64,000 bases of DNA. Origin: Phoronis australis (taxonomy: Eukaryota; Animalia; Phoronida). The stretch spans positions 27,091 to 91,090 of the forward strand of contig NMRA01000479.1 of the NCBI GenBank assembly GCA_002633005.1. The letters are read 5' to 3'. Below the pieces are notes generated by a model, which saw only the letters and a program-made list of their open reading frames with translations, was not told the origin of the DNA and did no database searches. The translations under genes were made by a program, and so were the position numbers. This document shows, piece by piece, positions 1 to 12,367 of the stretch. Numbering within the stretch: the stretch's first letter is position 1; each line of letters begins with the position of its first letter.

Positions 1-533
1 ACATTCCTGTTTGATAAATAAATTCTTTGGTTTCTGATTTAATTGTTTATGTATCTACGAATATCGATAGATTCATAGATGATTTTTGACAATAAGAAGC
101 TAATCTTGTAAGAATTGGTCACTCGCCCGCGCCATTTCCTAAATTTTTGCGACAACTTCGCAGCAGCAAAATTTGTTCTGAAATTCGGTTTTTCGGTATC
201 GAAATTCTAAAAACTTATAATCAAGTGAAACCAGTTCCAATAATTTGTTTTGACGTGTACGCAACCTCGTGAAAGAACAACAGTTGATTGAAGAATCGGA
301 AAAAAGAAACTGGCCAATAGATGACGCATTATTTCATGGCGCCTAATGTCGTTGCTAAAGATCGCTCCACAACTTTAGCAGCAGAATAACGGTAGAACGT
401 CATTTTTTCCAACACCGTTAAATAATTTGGTTTACTCAAGGAAGACTGTAGTTTTTAATGACACTAATTTTGTGTCAGATTTTATCTTACCACTTTCTTA
501 CCCACATTGGTGCAAAGCTGTGTATTTGGTAAA

Positions 534-3500
534 CAGCTTTGTACCACAGGCGCTTGGGTTTATCGCAAATGACGTCACAATATATATANNNNNNNNNNNN
601 NNNNNNNNNNNNNNNNNNNNNNNNNNNNNNNNNNNNNNNNNNNNNNNNNNNNNNNNNNNNNNNNNNNNNNNNNNNNNNNNNNNNNNNNNNNNNNNNNNNN
701 NNNNNNNNNNNNNNNNNNNNNNNNNNNNNNNNNNNNNNNNNNNNNNNNNNNNNNNNNNNNNNNNNNNNNNNNNNNNNNNNNNNNNNNNNNNNNNNNNNNN
801 NNNNNNNNNNNNNNNNNNNNNNNNNNNNNNNNNNNNNNNNNNNNNNNNNNNNNNNNNNNNNNNNNNNNNNNNNNNNNNNNNNNNNNNNNNNNNNNNNNNN
901 NNNNNNNNNNNNNNNNNNNNNNNNNNNNNNNNNNNNNNNNNNNNNNNNNNNNNNNNGCCCCGCAACTACATGTATATATGTGTCACATTCGGTTAAAGTC
1001 TGTATGTACCAAAATACAGTCCTCCAAAGACCACTTTAATATCATGTATGCGTCCACAACAGATTTTACCACTTTCAAACTTAGAAATGTGTGATGTTTT
1101 TATCTGTTTATTATTCTGAAACGTGAGCAGATGACACTATCTGTGTCAGGTTCTACAGTATAAGTTGATACCTTTGATAAAAATACACTTCTACAAATAC
1201 GTTGACACCATTGTGAATGACATTCTTGCTTAATTCGCCAACAAAATTTCTCACAGATGAAAATTTAAGCATTTATTAATCTTACACATAGTGAACTATG
1301 AATACCCAAATTCTCTTTAAAATCAAGTGATGGGCACCAAAAATAGAGGATACATATACATCCATAGGAACAATGCTTGTGACATGCATGTACAAACAGT
1401 TTCATCCTGCACATCTTAGCAGACTTCCAGTCACCACAGTTATAGAATCCGACCATCTTAGTAACAATTACCACTAAAAATGCAATTAAAGAAAATGTGA
1501 CAGTTTTAGATTAAATGGTGTTTGCTTTCTTCACACAGAACCTCTTATGCCTAATGACGACAATTCTCAATAACTGAAAGCAGTTATTTTTAAAGATGTT
1601 TAAACTGCAAAAACTTCAATGCCATTTGCCTGAATTGTCTAATTAACAAAACTCATGTTCTGAAAGGCTGTGGTTGAAATGATGATGGTGATGGTGAAGA
1701 CCCTAAGGAACGAAGGTGGCACTTCATAGTTTAAGACACAAAAAACATAATTAAAATATTCATTGTCACTACCATTAGTAAGGGCAGATCCTGGTAACTC
1801 GCTACGCCAATATCAAATGTCCTGCTATCATCACTTTGAGCATCACAAACAGATCCCAATGACTCTTTTACCACATCGATAGAGACTGTCGTATTGTCAT
1901 CATCACTCTCAGCATCATGGCATAGCTTGGAAAATTTTCCTTTATCTTAAAAGTTTCCAGACTTCATACTCTTGTTGACATTAATTCAGTGTATCACCTG
2001 CAAATACAATTGGAAATTTTAAACATACATTTTGCTATGACAAAAGTTTGAAGATTGGGCAGGATGTTCTTTTCCATAATAAAAGCATTGTGAAAGCTCT
2101 CATAAAACAGCTTTTGTTACAGTGTCTAAGACTTAATTTTAGGGAATTACAGGCATTTTTGTATATTTTATTAAACTTAGGCCTGACAGGTATCTACTTA
2201 GTTTCATTTTTTTACACTTTTCACATCATTTGACAGGTATCCTTGCACACATTGCACAAGCTATCATTCCTGTGAGGTATATATTTAGTTATGGAATCTT
2301 TAGTTATACTTTACGCGTATGTCTTCTTCATATGGTGAATATTTGTCACCGGTGGAGCATGAATTTAGCTATGAGGTTTGCACATTAGAGCAACCGTTTT
2401 TTTGTTGTCGCACTAAGCATTGGAGCTAACACTGGAGCTTCAGACCATAGACATGGATCCTACATTCTTACTAAAATACACTATTTTACACAAACAATAA
2501 TATAACATTAACAATTATAATAAAAACAATACTTTTGTGATTTCTTTGTAGTTCAAATCTGTTAGGCGTGTCCCCTTTAGCATCCCTGCAGATCGATAGT
2601 ACAAAGGGGAGTTAGTTGGAAAGGCGTTTTAGGAGCAGTGACCTTTTTTATACGTTTTTGGTCTCAAGACCAAAGTACCTTTATTCTAAAGAGAGTTAAC
2701 CTGAAGAAATTGAAATTTGTTAGTAAAAATTTGACTTCACTTAAAAAGGAAACTAAACCATGTTTTAATTATTTCAACCAATCCTGCGCCTGCCATCTGC
2801 TCATGCATCATTGGCATCAATCTTGAAAGAGCTGGAATTACTAAAAACTTGCACCCCTATCTCGCCTTTTGGTCCTTGGTGGGTGGTCTTTTTACACAGT
2901 TGCCATGAAATTCTCTAAAGCGTAGTCGCGCTTGGCCGTTCAGCTGACTTTCAAGAGTTTCAAAATTTTCCGAACTTTTCAGAGTTTTCGAGAGTTACAT
3001 GTACAGGCCTTTATTTTGTTCCTGGATAGTAAACATGTTTTTGTATTTGGTGATAAGTCAAAACCAAGTATGCCTTCCTTTTGATTTTCTGAGGTGTCTT
3101 TGGTCAGAAGGGCCATTGGTCTGATTGGTCCACTGACCATTACATCTTGCAATAAACCTGATTAGCAAGCATAAAAGAGTGCCAGGTAACCATATTGCCA
3201 TGACCATGATTGGTGAGTGGTAGGGCTAGGATGACAAGAGAAAAATGCCGAAAAAGGCGTGCATCTTCAAAACAAAGTTCGTTATCATTTGCATTCATGA
3301 TAATTCTTAATTGTGCTTAAATGTACTAAAACAGCAGTCTTCTATAAGATCTGTTGTAATGTCATCACCCAGATCACTTTCAGACTGACAGTCCTTCGAA
3401 CTAAAATTCCTTTGCACTAGAGACTATCAAAGGTCCTTCGGAATACATGATCCACCAACTCCATCTCAGCACATTTCGTATAGAAATGACAAAACAATAA

Positions 3501-4927
3501 AAAAAATAATAGCTGAAAAGGTATTACCATATGTTTGACATCAGCAAGAAATAAATTTTGACTTTACAAAGATATTGTGTGATGAAATTTGAAAAACAAG
3601 TAATTTTAATTACATGACATACCTTAAAGACGATCTATTAGAAAATTCTTGATTATTTTTGCAGAACTGAACACCTTGTGACAAAAATGGCATCCCCTCA
3701 CTTCTTCATCTGAAACAAATTATAAATGCAGTGATCTATGCATGCTGCAACTTTACATTTGCATTCACTTGTTTGGCTTACTTAAAGCTGTCTTCTAAAT
3801 TTCCAATAACATGAGTTTGAAAGTTTTTAAGTTATTCTGCTACATTAAATGGTTCACCTAGTTAACAATAAATATGGTGGGAAGAAAACTGCTGCAAATA
3901 ACGAAATGTGCAATGTTTTACAATGCTAGTTGATGTATGTCTGAAAAACAGGCTGTATGCTGACGGAATGAGAATCAAAATGACTATGCAGTTACCTTAT
4001 GGAAGAATTAAATCAAAGTAGCCATTAATTATGACCTCGCACTCACGAGTTTAAAAAAGATAAAATTGCAGAAACCTTGCAGAAATATGTGGAATCTGCG
4101 AAAATGTATATGTATATGTATATTTCCCATAATACTTCATTGATGCGAAACTCACACCCCCTTCCTAACTCACCCATGTGAAGTTGCTTGTGTCCCTACT
4201 CTGAGAAAACAAGCACCAAATTCTACCTTCATCTGTGCCATTGTCACTTGAACTGAAAGGAGTGACAACACTCTCATCTGAAAAAAATCAAAACTGTCAA
4301 TAGAAATGAAATGTTGTCTATAGTCCAAAGGGTATTTAGTCCGAAAACAATAGGATCTATAGTCCGAAGAGTCGATAGTCGGAATAAAAAAACTAATATT
4401 TTTTAACATTATTCCGTAATCTACAGAGTTAAATGTCTTCAGGATTTCAGTTAACTTTACACCATTTTCTCCATNGTGGAATAAAGTTACAAATAATCAT
4501 TAAAATACTAACTTTAACAGTCTCAATTAGTTGAGTTTTGGATTAGAGTTATTGAATTTGAAATATAGGTTGCTTGCTCAAACTCGAAGTTTCACCTACG
4601 TCAGGCGTACAAGTTGAAGCACAACAGAAATCCGCCATGTTTACTATTTCAGGTCCTTGAATTCAGAGTTTTGAGATTGTTTTGGAAATTCCATCGCCAA
4701 TTCACCACTCACGAAGACAGTTAATGGGATCTAGGAAAGATAAGGCTCAAAGGTTTATGCAACACCAGACTGAGGGAGGTGCACGCAGATTTTATTTGGA
4801 TTTTCGACGGCTGAAGTTGGGAGCCTCGGCTTGGCAAAGTTTGAGTGTCCAACCTCTATTTTTTCTTATATATATTATTGAGTGACGTCATTTGCGATAA
4901 ACCCAAGCGCCTGTGGTACCAAGGCTA
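534..4927. mobile_element. About 4.4-kb TIR-bounded element (DNA transposon, family unassigned)
   Basis: Perfect 38-bp inverted repeat GTACCACAGGCGCTTGGGTTTATCGCAAATGACGTCAC at 541-578 and 4882-4919, extending imperfectly outward. Confidence 0.65.
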
Positions 4928-7759
4928 TTAAATCGTCTGCCATTTTGTAATCTCCGTTTTTGACCTAATGACGTCAAATATAGTGACCCAAATGCTAGCC
5001 AATCAGCCTAGTGTATGCTTTAGTTCATGAGTTCACAAAAATGCACATGGCGGAGTGGCAAGCGAATAGTAAAAGTCGACTCTTCGAGTGAACAAGTTCT
5101 TTCGAAGGGCTTGATTTCCCTGCATTTCTATTCGCCGTAATATTTTACAGATAAATGTGTTCACGCGATCGCAATTTCGACGTGTTCACTGGTTAATATT
5201 TGATGTGCGATTCGAGTATGTTATGCATGCCTTAATTCTACACTTTCACTGTGTGAACTTTCAACCCTCTTTAAGGGTTGGTTTACCAACTAGTAGCAGC
5301 GGATTTTATGCCGCACACGACCATATTACTAAAACGTTCGTTGTGGAATTCAAAAATGTGTCATATATGAGACGAATTCCTGTTATTTAAACTTCCACAC
5401 ATTCAATCCTGTTTGAGATCCACGATTGATGTAGGCTACGGAATAACATAAACTAAGCCTAAATACTAAACATTATGGACAATAACTTCAAATAATCGCG
5501 CCTAATGCTCAAGGCTTATATATTTTACAAAATATACTTACTGTTTCCGTACAGACGCAGTTATGCCCATGTTTTATGCTCAAGCCCTTGATGTTGAAAA
5601 GCATTGGCGCGAATTTGTAATCGCGTGCGAATAATCATTTTGTAGTTTATGGTATCATAAAAGTGACTTTAAGGTTATGCAAATCCCTGCAAAAATCCCC
5701 AAATTTAGCAAACTTCGCAACATCGTATCTCAGAAACGGCTGACTGGATGCAGAAACTTTCGGATACAATACGCAATATTCTAAAAAAAAACTGTTAGGA
5801 ATTGTTTTAACATTCTTCCACTTTTGCGTGAGGAGCTATCAAAAATAGTAGCTATACGATCTTCATGAAAAATCTTTAATGTTGATAACTAAAACGAGAT
5901 ATTTTAAAAAATTGTAACAGCGTTTTTTGATATCTCACCTTGAAAATTTATATCAAATAAAATTTCATTGTGTGATTGATAACGCTGTTTTGCAATCAAT
6001 GTACCTTTCCTTTTTACTAAATTTTACTAAAAGACATGGTCATGTGACCCAATTTACAACAGTTTGCTAAAAAGTCAAAAATCAAATTTTACAGCCTTTC
6101 TACTTTCAGAAAATACATGCTTTTACTGAGTTGAAATTTATACTTTCTTTAGATATTTTTAAATGCACAGGCTTGTTGGTAAGGGCACACATCTGGGCTC
6201 TGGGTCTAATCTTTTTACTCCAAAGCGAACTCGAAGTTATTTTGTGACAATTCCATTCTAGTGTTTTGTGAACTCAATATAAGGTCTATTATTCTGTGTT
6301 CGAGTACTTATTGTTCATGCCTATGAATTTCTTGTCCAAGTTCAAACCTCTAGACTCAAGCTGCAAACTCGAGTAAAAACTTGACGAAATTTTGAGTTGA
6401 GACTCGAATTTTTAGCCTTGATGCTGGGGCCATCACGTGTTAGCTAGGATTAGACAGTTATTTACGCCAGAAATTATGCAGTTGGACATAGAATAAGATA
6501 ATGTGGTCTTGATTTAGCATGAACGTAGAATAGAAAGTGCCAAAAATAATTTCGAGTTCAATTTCGAGCAAAAAAGATTAGATTACGGGACCCGGTTCAC
6601 GCGCCAACTTCCGAATTGCTGAAAATGTTTTTACAATTAGAAATTACGAGTGTATCACGGTTTACAAATAATTAATAGAAATTATTTAGCACATTTTCAT
6701 CCCAAATATATTGTGTATGTAGAACTAAATAAATACAAAAGGGGTGATATCAAGTTTTCAAAAAGTAAAATATCGCGTGTTGCCTGAACTTTGTACAACT
6801 GTTCAACAGTTAACGCTCTGAAGCAGTAACTGAGACATTGTCATAAATGCATGTGATATTACAGAGGAAGTCGACAAGTTTTCGTCAATGATAGACACAA
6901 CACTTTTTCGCCAATCCTTACCTTAGAAGCTTTTCTGTCATGGAATGGAATTTCGATGGCCATCAAATTAATCCCTGCAACTTAAAGAGGTTTGGAACGC
7001 GAAAAGCAGACTAAATTGCATTATTCAAAGTGGTTCTCTGCCACAGAAAAAGAATTCAACGTGTTCACCAAGATATTTTTACGGTTTGCTACCAAGGATT
7101 TTGAATTTCTGTTGATGTCAAGTATTTTCCTTTTAGTTTGAAATTTCAAAAAAACCCCGATTTGTCAACTGCTCGTCACTTTCTTCCACAAGACAATGCA
7201 CGCTTCCTTATTTGGTATGGCAAAACATAGACGTAGCGGAAAACGTAACCTTTGACATTTGATGTAAACAAAGCAATGGCGACTTCAAGGAACAGTCCGC
7301 TTAAAAGGCAATCGATGTTTACAATATATTCTAAAATACACTTGGAATTCTCTTTGGGAAATATCTAGCTTCACTGGATTGCCTCATACTGTGGTGTCGA
7401 CCTCAGATTTGCAGTGCGATCCTAAATGATTATCTGCCGTGAAGATCCAGTCAGAAACCTCCGATTCGGAAGGCGATCACACATGATATCCAGTCACAAA
7501 GCACTGCTATTCGCATGTGCTGACTTTGCTTATAAGAATAATTCATTTTGAGACAGAGCGCAGAATAATAAACGTCAAACGGCAACACGCAATCCCGACT
7601 TAGAGCTCATCCGACGAAGACTTCGCAAGTAGATGGTTAAGTTTCACAGGCTATCAGTTCGAACCGGAATACAGTGATCAAGAAAGACTTGAGAGGCGCT
7701 GTGAACATGCACAGGCAACGGAACGTACGGTAGTTCTTTGGTAAGCCGGCATTCGTCAG

Positions 7760-7967
7760 ACTCACCGTCGACGACTGCTGGCCACAGACACGGAGATGTT
7801 TCACGGCCTCATACTTGCTAATAACAGCGTACTTTTCATTTTTCACTACCGCGAGCCACTTCCTAAGCATTTCGGACTCTCGAGGAAGTCGAAAACCGAT
7901 GTACTTGCTTTCCTCGCAGCTGCATAATTCGGACAAGCGGGAAAGATGCACAGCAACATAGCGGCAT
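7760..7967 (-). pseudogene. THAP zinc-finger domain remnant (probably transposon-derived)
   Basis: Frameshifted MPLCCCA..CPN, then GFRLPRESEMLRKWLAVV...LRVCGQ, matching the THAP C-C-P-W-C layout. Confidence 0.55.
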
Positions 7968-8719
7968 TCACTGTGCAAATGAACCACTGACGTCGATGCG
8001 TCGTTTCTCACCTCCACAGGTTAACGCGACACCTCTCTGGAAGGTAAAGTCGATCGTATGCGAGGCGATCTGGCTATAGACCGATTAAGACGGTAAAATG
8101 ACTAATTAAATTGGGTGGCATTCTCTTTATTGAGTTTAAAGTAAATGGAATAATTCCCATTGAGCCAGAAGCATTCGGCTTCAACCCGCAGCGAAAGATG
8201 AGCACAATAATTAGCTACCCGGGCCTTGAATGGGTGATTCGTGTGAAAAAAAAGATTGAAAACTACTGCGTCTTGCTTTTAACATTGCAATATCTTCCCA
8301 TCGCCGACATTCAGCTCATAGACTACAGCTCACTACAGCCCCCGGGCCCCCGTTTGAGTTTTCAATCACGGAATAATTCAGACAACAGAGGCATTTATTG
8401 TAAGTTTTTGTCACATTTTAAAATACATTTTCTTTAATAATTGAAAATCCAAGTCAATTTAGCAAGTGATTATTTTCCCCGCGAAGTGTCACGGCAACTG
8501 CAGGCGGTTAATTGTCGTATTCGGACAGCAAAGACAAGCACTGGTGCGCGTTATTTTAATTCAGACGTGGAGCTCACTATCTTGAGATAAAAGTTGTTTT
8601 GTGTTTGTTGAAGCATCGCTTTGTGTCATGTTTTTCTCTATTTTACGGTTTAACGGCCAGTAGAGCCGCTGCTGATTTGCTGCCATATACGCAAAAATGC
8701 GCTCACACGTCCCGATAGT

Positions 8720-11700
8720 TGTAACGAAAGCATCACTTTATTATATCATGACCTCATGGACTGAGACATGAAGTTGATGACAACAGGAAGTAGATATGAC
8801 TAAACTATCATTACGACTAAAGTCCAAAACTCCGAATAAAACGCGTAATCAAACATCACGTCACATCCGTCCCTTTCTGAACTGAAAGCTTATTTAAAGT
8901 CTCTGAACTAGAAAACTATGAACTAAGAACAAAGTTCACGAATTGCTGAGGTGTACGTCTCGCACGAGTCGATCGTAGTGTTTGGACTCCTTCTGGACAA
9001 GCTCGAAGAATGTCCGCCTCGGAGTTGTTGACTCAGGTGGTGACTCGGTTGTTGTGTTGTCATCAGCCACTGTATTCAACAGATCTCGCCGATTGCTCCT
9101 ATAGACTTTTGGTCACACTTGGATGTCGTAACTACGTGGACCGACCTGGTCGCGGCTTATTAGGGGGTATACTTGTTATCACCCGGCACCTTCAGACGCA
9201 CTGTATCACCAAGCTCAATCGTGGGTAGATCCTTTGCGCCTTTATGGTAGTAGAAACGTTGTCGCTCCTTGCATCCTTTTAGATCTCGAATGCCACCTTC
9301 CTTGGGGTGTCCTGGTTACAGTAGGCAATCTGTCATCTTCGTCCCATGAGACGCTCAGCGGAGCTCGTGGACATACCTTCAGTTGGTGTGTTTCGCCAGT
9401 CAAGCAAAGCTTGAAATTCTGAGGTTTTGTCCGACTGACATTTCTTGAACAACTGCTTCACCGTCTTTACTGCATTTTCTGCCTTGCCGTTGGATTGCAC
9501 ATAATGAGGAGATGACGTGTTATGCACAAAATTCCATTTTGCAACAAATTCTGCAAATTCTACTGCACTGAACTGAGGCCCATTATCGCTAAAGACCTCA
9601 TGGGGAACACCATGTACAGCGAAGATTCTCATCATCTCATTGGTGACAGCTTTGGATGTCCTTTAAGACAAATTGGCGACTTCTATATAATTGTAGAAAT
9701 CCACCAAGACAGGCAAAGTTCTCCCACTGAACTCGCACAGGTCAGCCGCAATCTTCGCCCATGGTAAGGTTGTCGCTGGATGCGTCATCAGAGTCTCCAT
9801 TGGTTGATTCGACCGATATGACAGACATGTGTCACATTGTATGAGGAATTCTCTGATGTCACCTGCCAAGCCGGGCCAGTACATGGACTCTCTAGCCCGT
9901 CAAATAGACCCATCTATTCCAATTTGAGTTGAGTGCAGCTGAGACAACATTTGCCTCCTCATACTCCTGGGAATGATCAAATGATCACCTGGCATCCTCT
10001 AAACATCAAGAGTCCTTCGCCCACCAGCCTGTCCCCCATACCAAAGTAATGACGTAGAACCTGCGAAATTGCGCTGCGTGTTCCTGGCCAGCCAACATGA
10101 ACCATCTTGTTCAGCTCCGAAAGAATTGGGTCTTCGGCTGACTCTGCTGCCAATTGTCTCCAAAGGTCAGTTGTCAAAGCATCCGGTTCTTCTACATGGT
10201 TGATGGCCACTACTTCTTTCACCTCACAGGTATCGTTCAGATATGCTCTACTTAAAGTATCTGCTAATGAAAGGCTCTCTCTTTTAACGTACGTAATGGT
10301 TAATACATATTTCTTCTGCCTTAGGAACATGCGCTGTAGCCTTTTCGGTGACTGATACAGGGGCTGCTTTGCAATAATTTCCAAGGGTTTGTGATCTGCG
10401 TTGACTGTCAAACGACCTCTACCATAGATGTATGTATTGAACCGCTCACAGGCAAAGACAAAGGCTAATAACTCTTTCTCGATTTGAGCAGAGTTTTGCT
10501 CTGCACAAATAAGTGCTCGAGATGCATAGGCTACGGGTTGTCCATTCTGTAACAACGCTGCGCCAAGTCCACTTTGTGGGCTCTTCAACTGGGGCAATGA
10601 TCCCATCCTTGACAAGAACGTCCAGCTTCGCTTTGAAGGGCTCCCTGAGGGGCACTGGTACCCTGCGTGGTAGATGTTGTTCAGCTGGCACACTGTCAAC
10701 CAGTCTGATGCGGTGCTCCGCTAACAGCTTTCCCACCTTGTCACTGAACGCTTTTACGAAATCTTCTTTTGTAACTGGTTTTGATGTCGTCGTCGTGGTA
10801 ATCTTGAATGTCTTGGTATCCTTTGGGTACGGTTGTGTCATATTGTCGTTGTCTGTGAATTTGAGTACTTTCAAACCAACCACGCCTTCTCCCCTAGCAA
10901 GGATCTTCCCATGGGATTGTCCACCATTAGGATCTGATGTTGCATCTTCTATCAAATCCCGAAACACTTAGAAAAACTCGACCCATCGCCGGAAGTTGCT
11001 TCCTCGATAGGCCTCTATACACGATGCCACTGACTCCAGTTTGCTCTTGCTCAGTGTATGGTCTCCCGTAGCTTCCTTGTAGATGTGGAGTGGGATAATT
11101 GATGTGTCAGTTCCACTGTCGATCTGAAACTGCACAAAGTTCCCGTTTTCAAGATAAGGTGTTATTATCTGTCGGGGCAAAGCTCTGCCATATTGGAAAT
11201 TGCGTACGTTTGTGGGTGGTCCTCTTCATACAAGGCATTGGCCTTCTTTGTAGATGCGTCACTCCAACATTTAACCGCAAAATGTATAATTTTCTGCATT
11301 TATTGCATTGCTTTCCTTTCGCAGGACATTTTTCACCATGTTTGAATCCACAGTTTAAGCAATCATTCTATTTGCTCGTCTGTGACTGTTTCTTGTTCCT
11401 CTGTGCTGGCTGGTGCTTCTTTCTAGTGTTGACTGCATGGACGCCCGTTGTAATCACTCCAACCAATTTCATGTGTGCTGATGTTGATTCAGCCGCTCTG
11501 CAAATCTCATCGGTTTTTTCAACGTCAGTGAAGCTTCTCTGAGTAGCGTTCACGTACCTTGGGATCTCTAATGCCGAATACCAAACGGTCTATTTCGTCT
11601 GGCGTGATGTTGGCAAACTCGCACCTCTCGGCCAATTTTCGCAGAGCCGCCTTGTACTGTTCGAACGATTCGCCTGGTTCCTGTATACGCTTATTAAAGA

Positions 11701-12367
11701 AGAATCTCTCATATGGAGTGTTCTTGTTTGGTTCGCTATACGCCAAAAACCTGTCCATTACAGCACCAATCTGTTCTCTTTCGGCATCATTCAGGTGTAG
11801 AAAAGATAATCTTGCTCTTTCTCCAGTTACAGTAAGGAGTGTAGCCACCTGGACATTTTCGGGCTCCTTGGTTAGTTCCGATGCCAGCGAGTAATTCACC
11901 CACGCATTGAGCAATTTCCTCCAGCCTTCTGCCACATTGTTGGAGTGCAGATCCAAGGGGGAGGGAGTGGTAAATCATATGCGTGGGCCATTGTAAGTTG
12001 CAATCTGAGACACCAGGGATTTCTTAAGCACGTCCTTTTAAAATCAAGTCAGAGTAAGAAATGGAATGAACTCAACGGATCAGGCTCACTAGTTTAGGGT
12101 TTAATGAGCAAAACCACAATGCTTTTTCATGAATTTTGTGTGCTGGTCTCTTCAGTGGTTCATTAGGGTCCTGTGTTCACGCTGCCACTGTGTAACGAAT
12201 TGCTGTTAACTCGTAGATTTTAATTAATAAAACATCATTTTATTATATCATGACCTCATGGTCTGGGACAGGAACTTGATGACAACAGAAAGTAGATCTG
12301 ACTAGACTATCATTACGACTTCAGTCCAAAACTCCGAATAAAACGCGTAATCGAACATGACGTCACA
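8720..12367 (-). mobile_element. Decayed Ty3/Gypsy LTR retrotransposon (Mag-like)
   Basis: LTRs TGTAACG...GTCACA at 8720-8865 and 12191-12367; flanks ATAGT/ATAGC; PPT agaaagggacgga; PBS-like tggcagcg. Fragments of gag, two CCHC-type knuckles (CLNCGFKHGEKC, CNKCRKL/HFAVKC), protease IDSGTD, RNase H (YASRAL, AQIEKELLA, DHKPL) and integrase (SDNGPQF, QSNGKAE); many frameshifts. Confidence 0.95.

Noticed and set aside
427-1039. Long ORFs spanning N-runs (also 28273-28496 and 54769-55261)
   Set aside because: Artefacts of assembly gaps translated as X.
10107-11894. Plus-strand ORFs over the Gypsy element (likewise over the Copia and NDUFS1 exons)
   Set aside because: Antisense shadows of minus-strand coding sequence.
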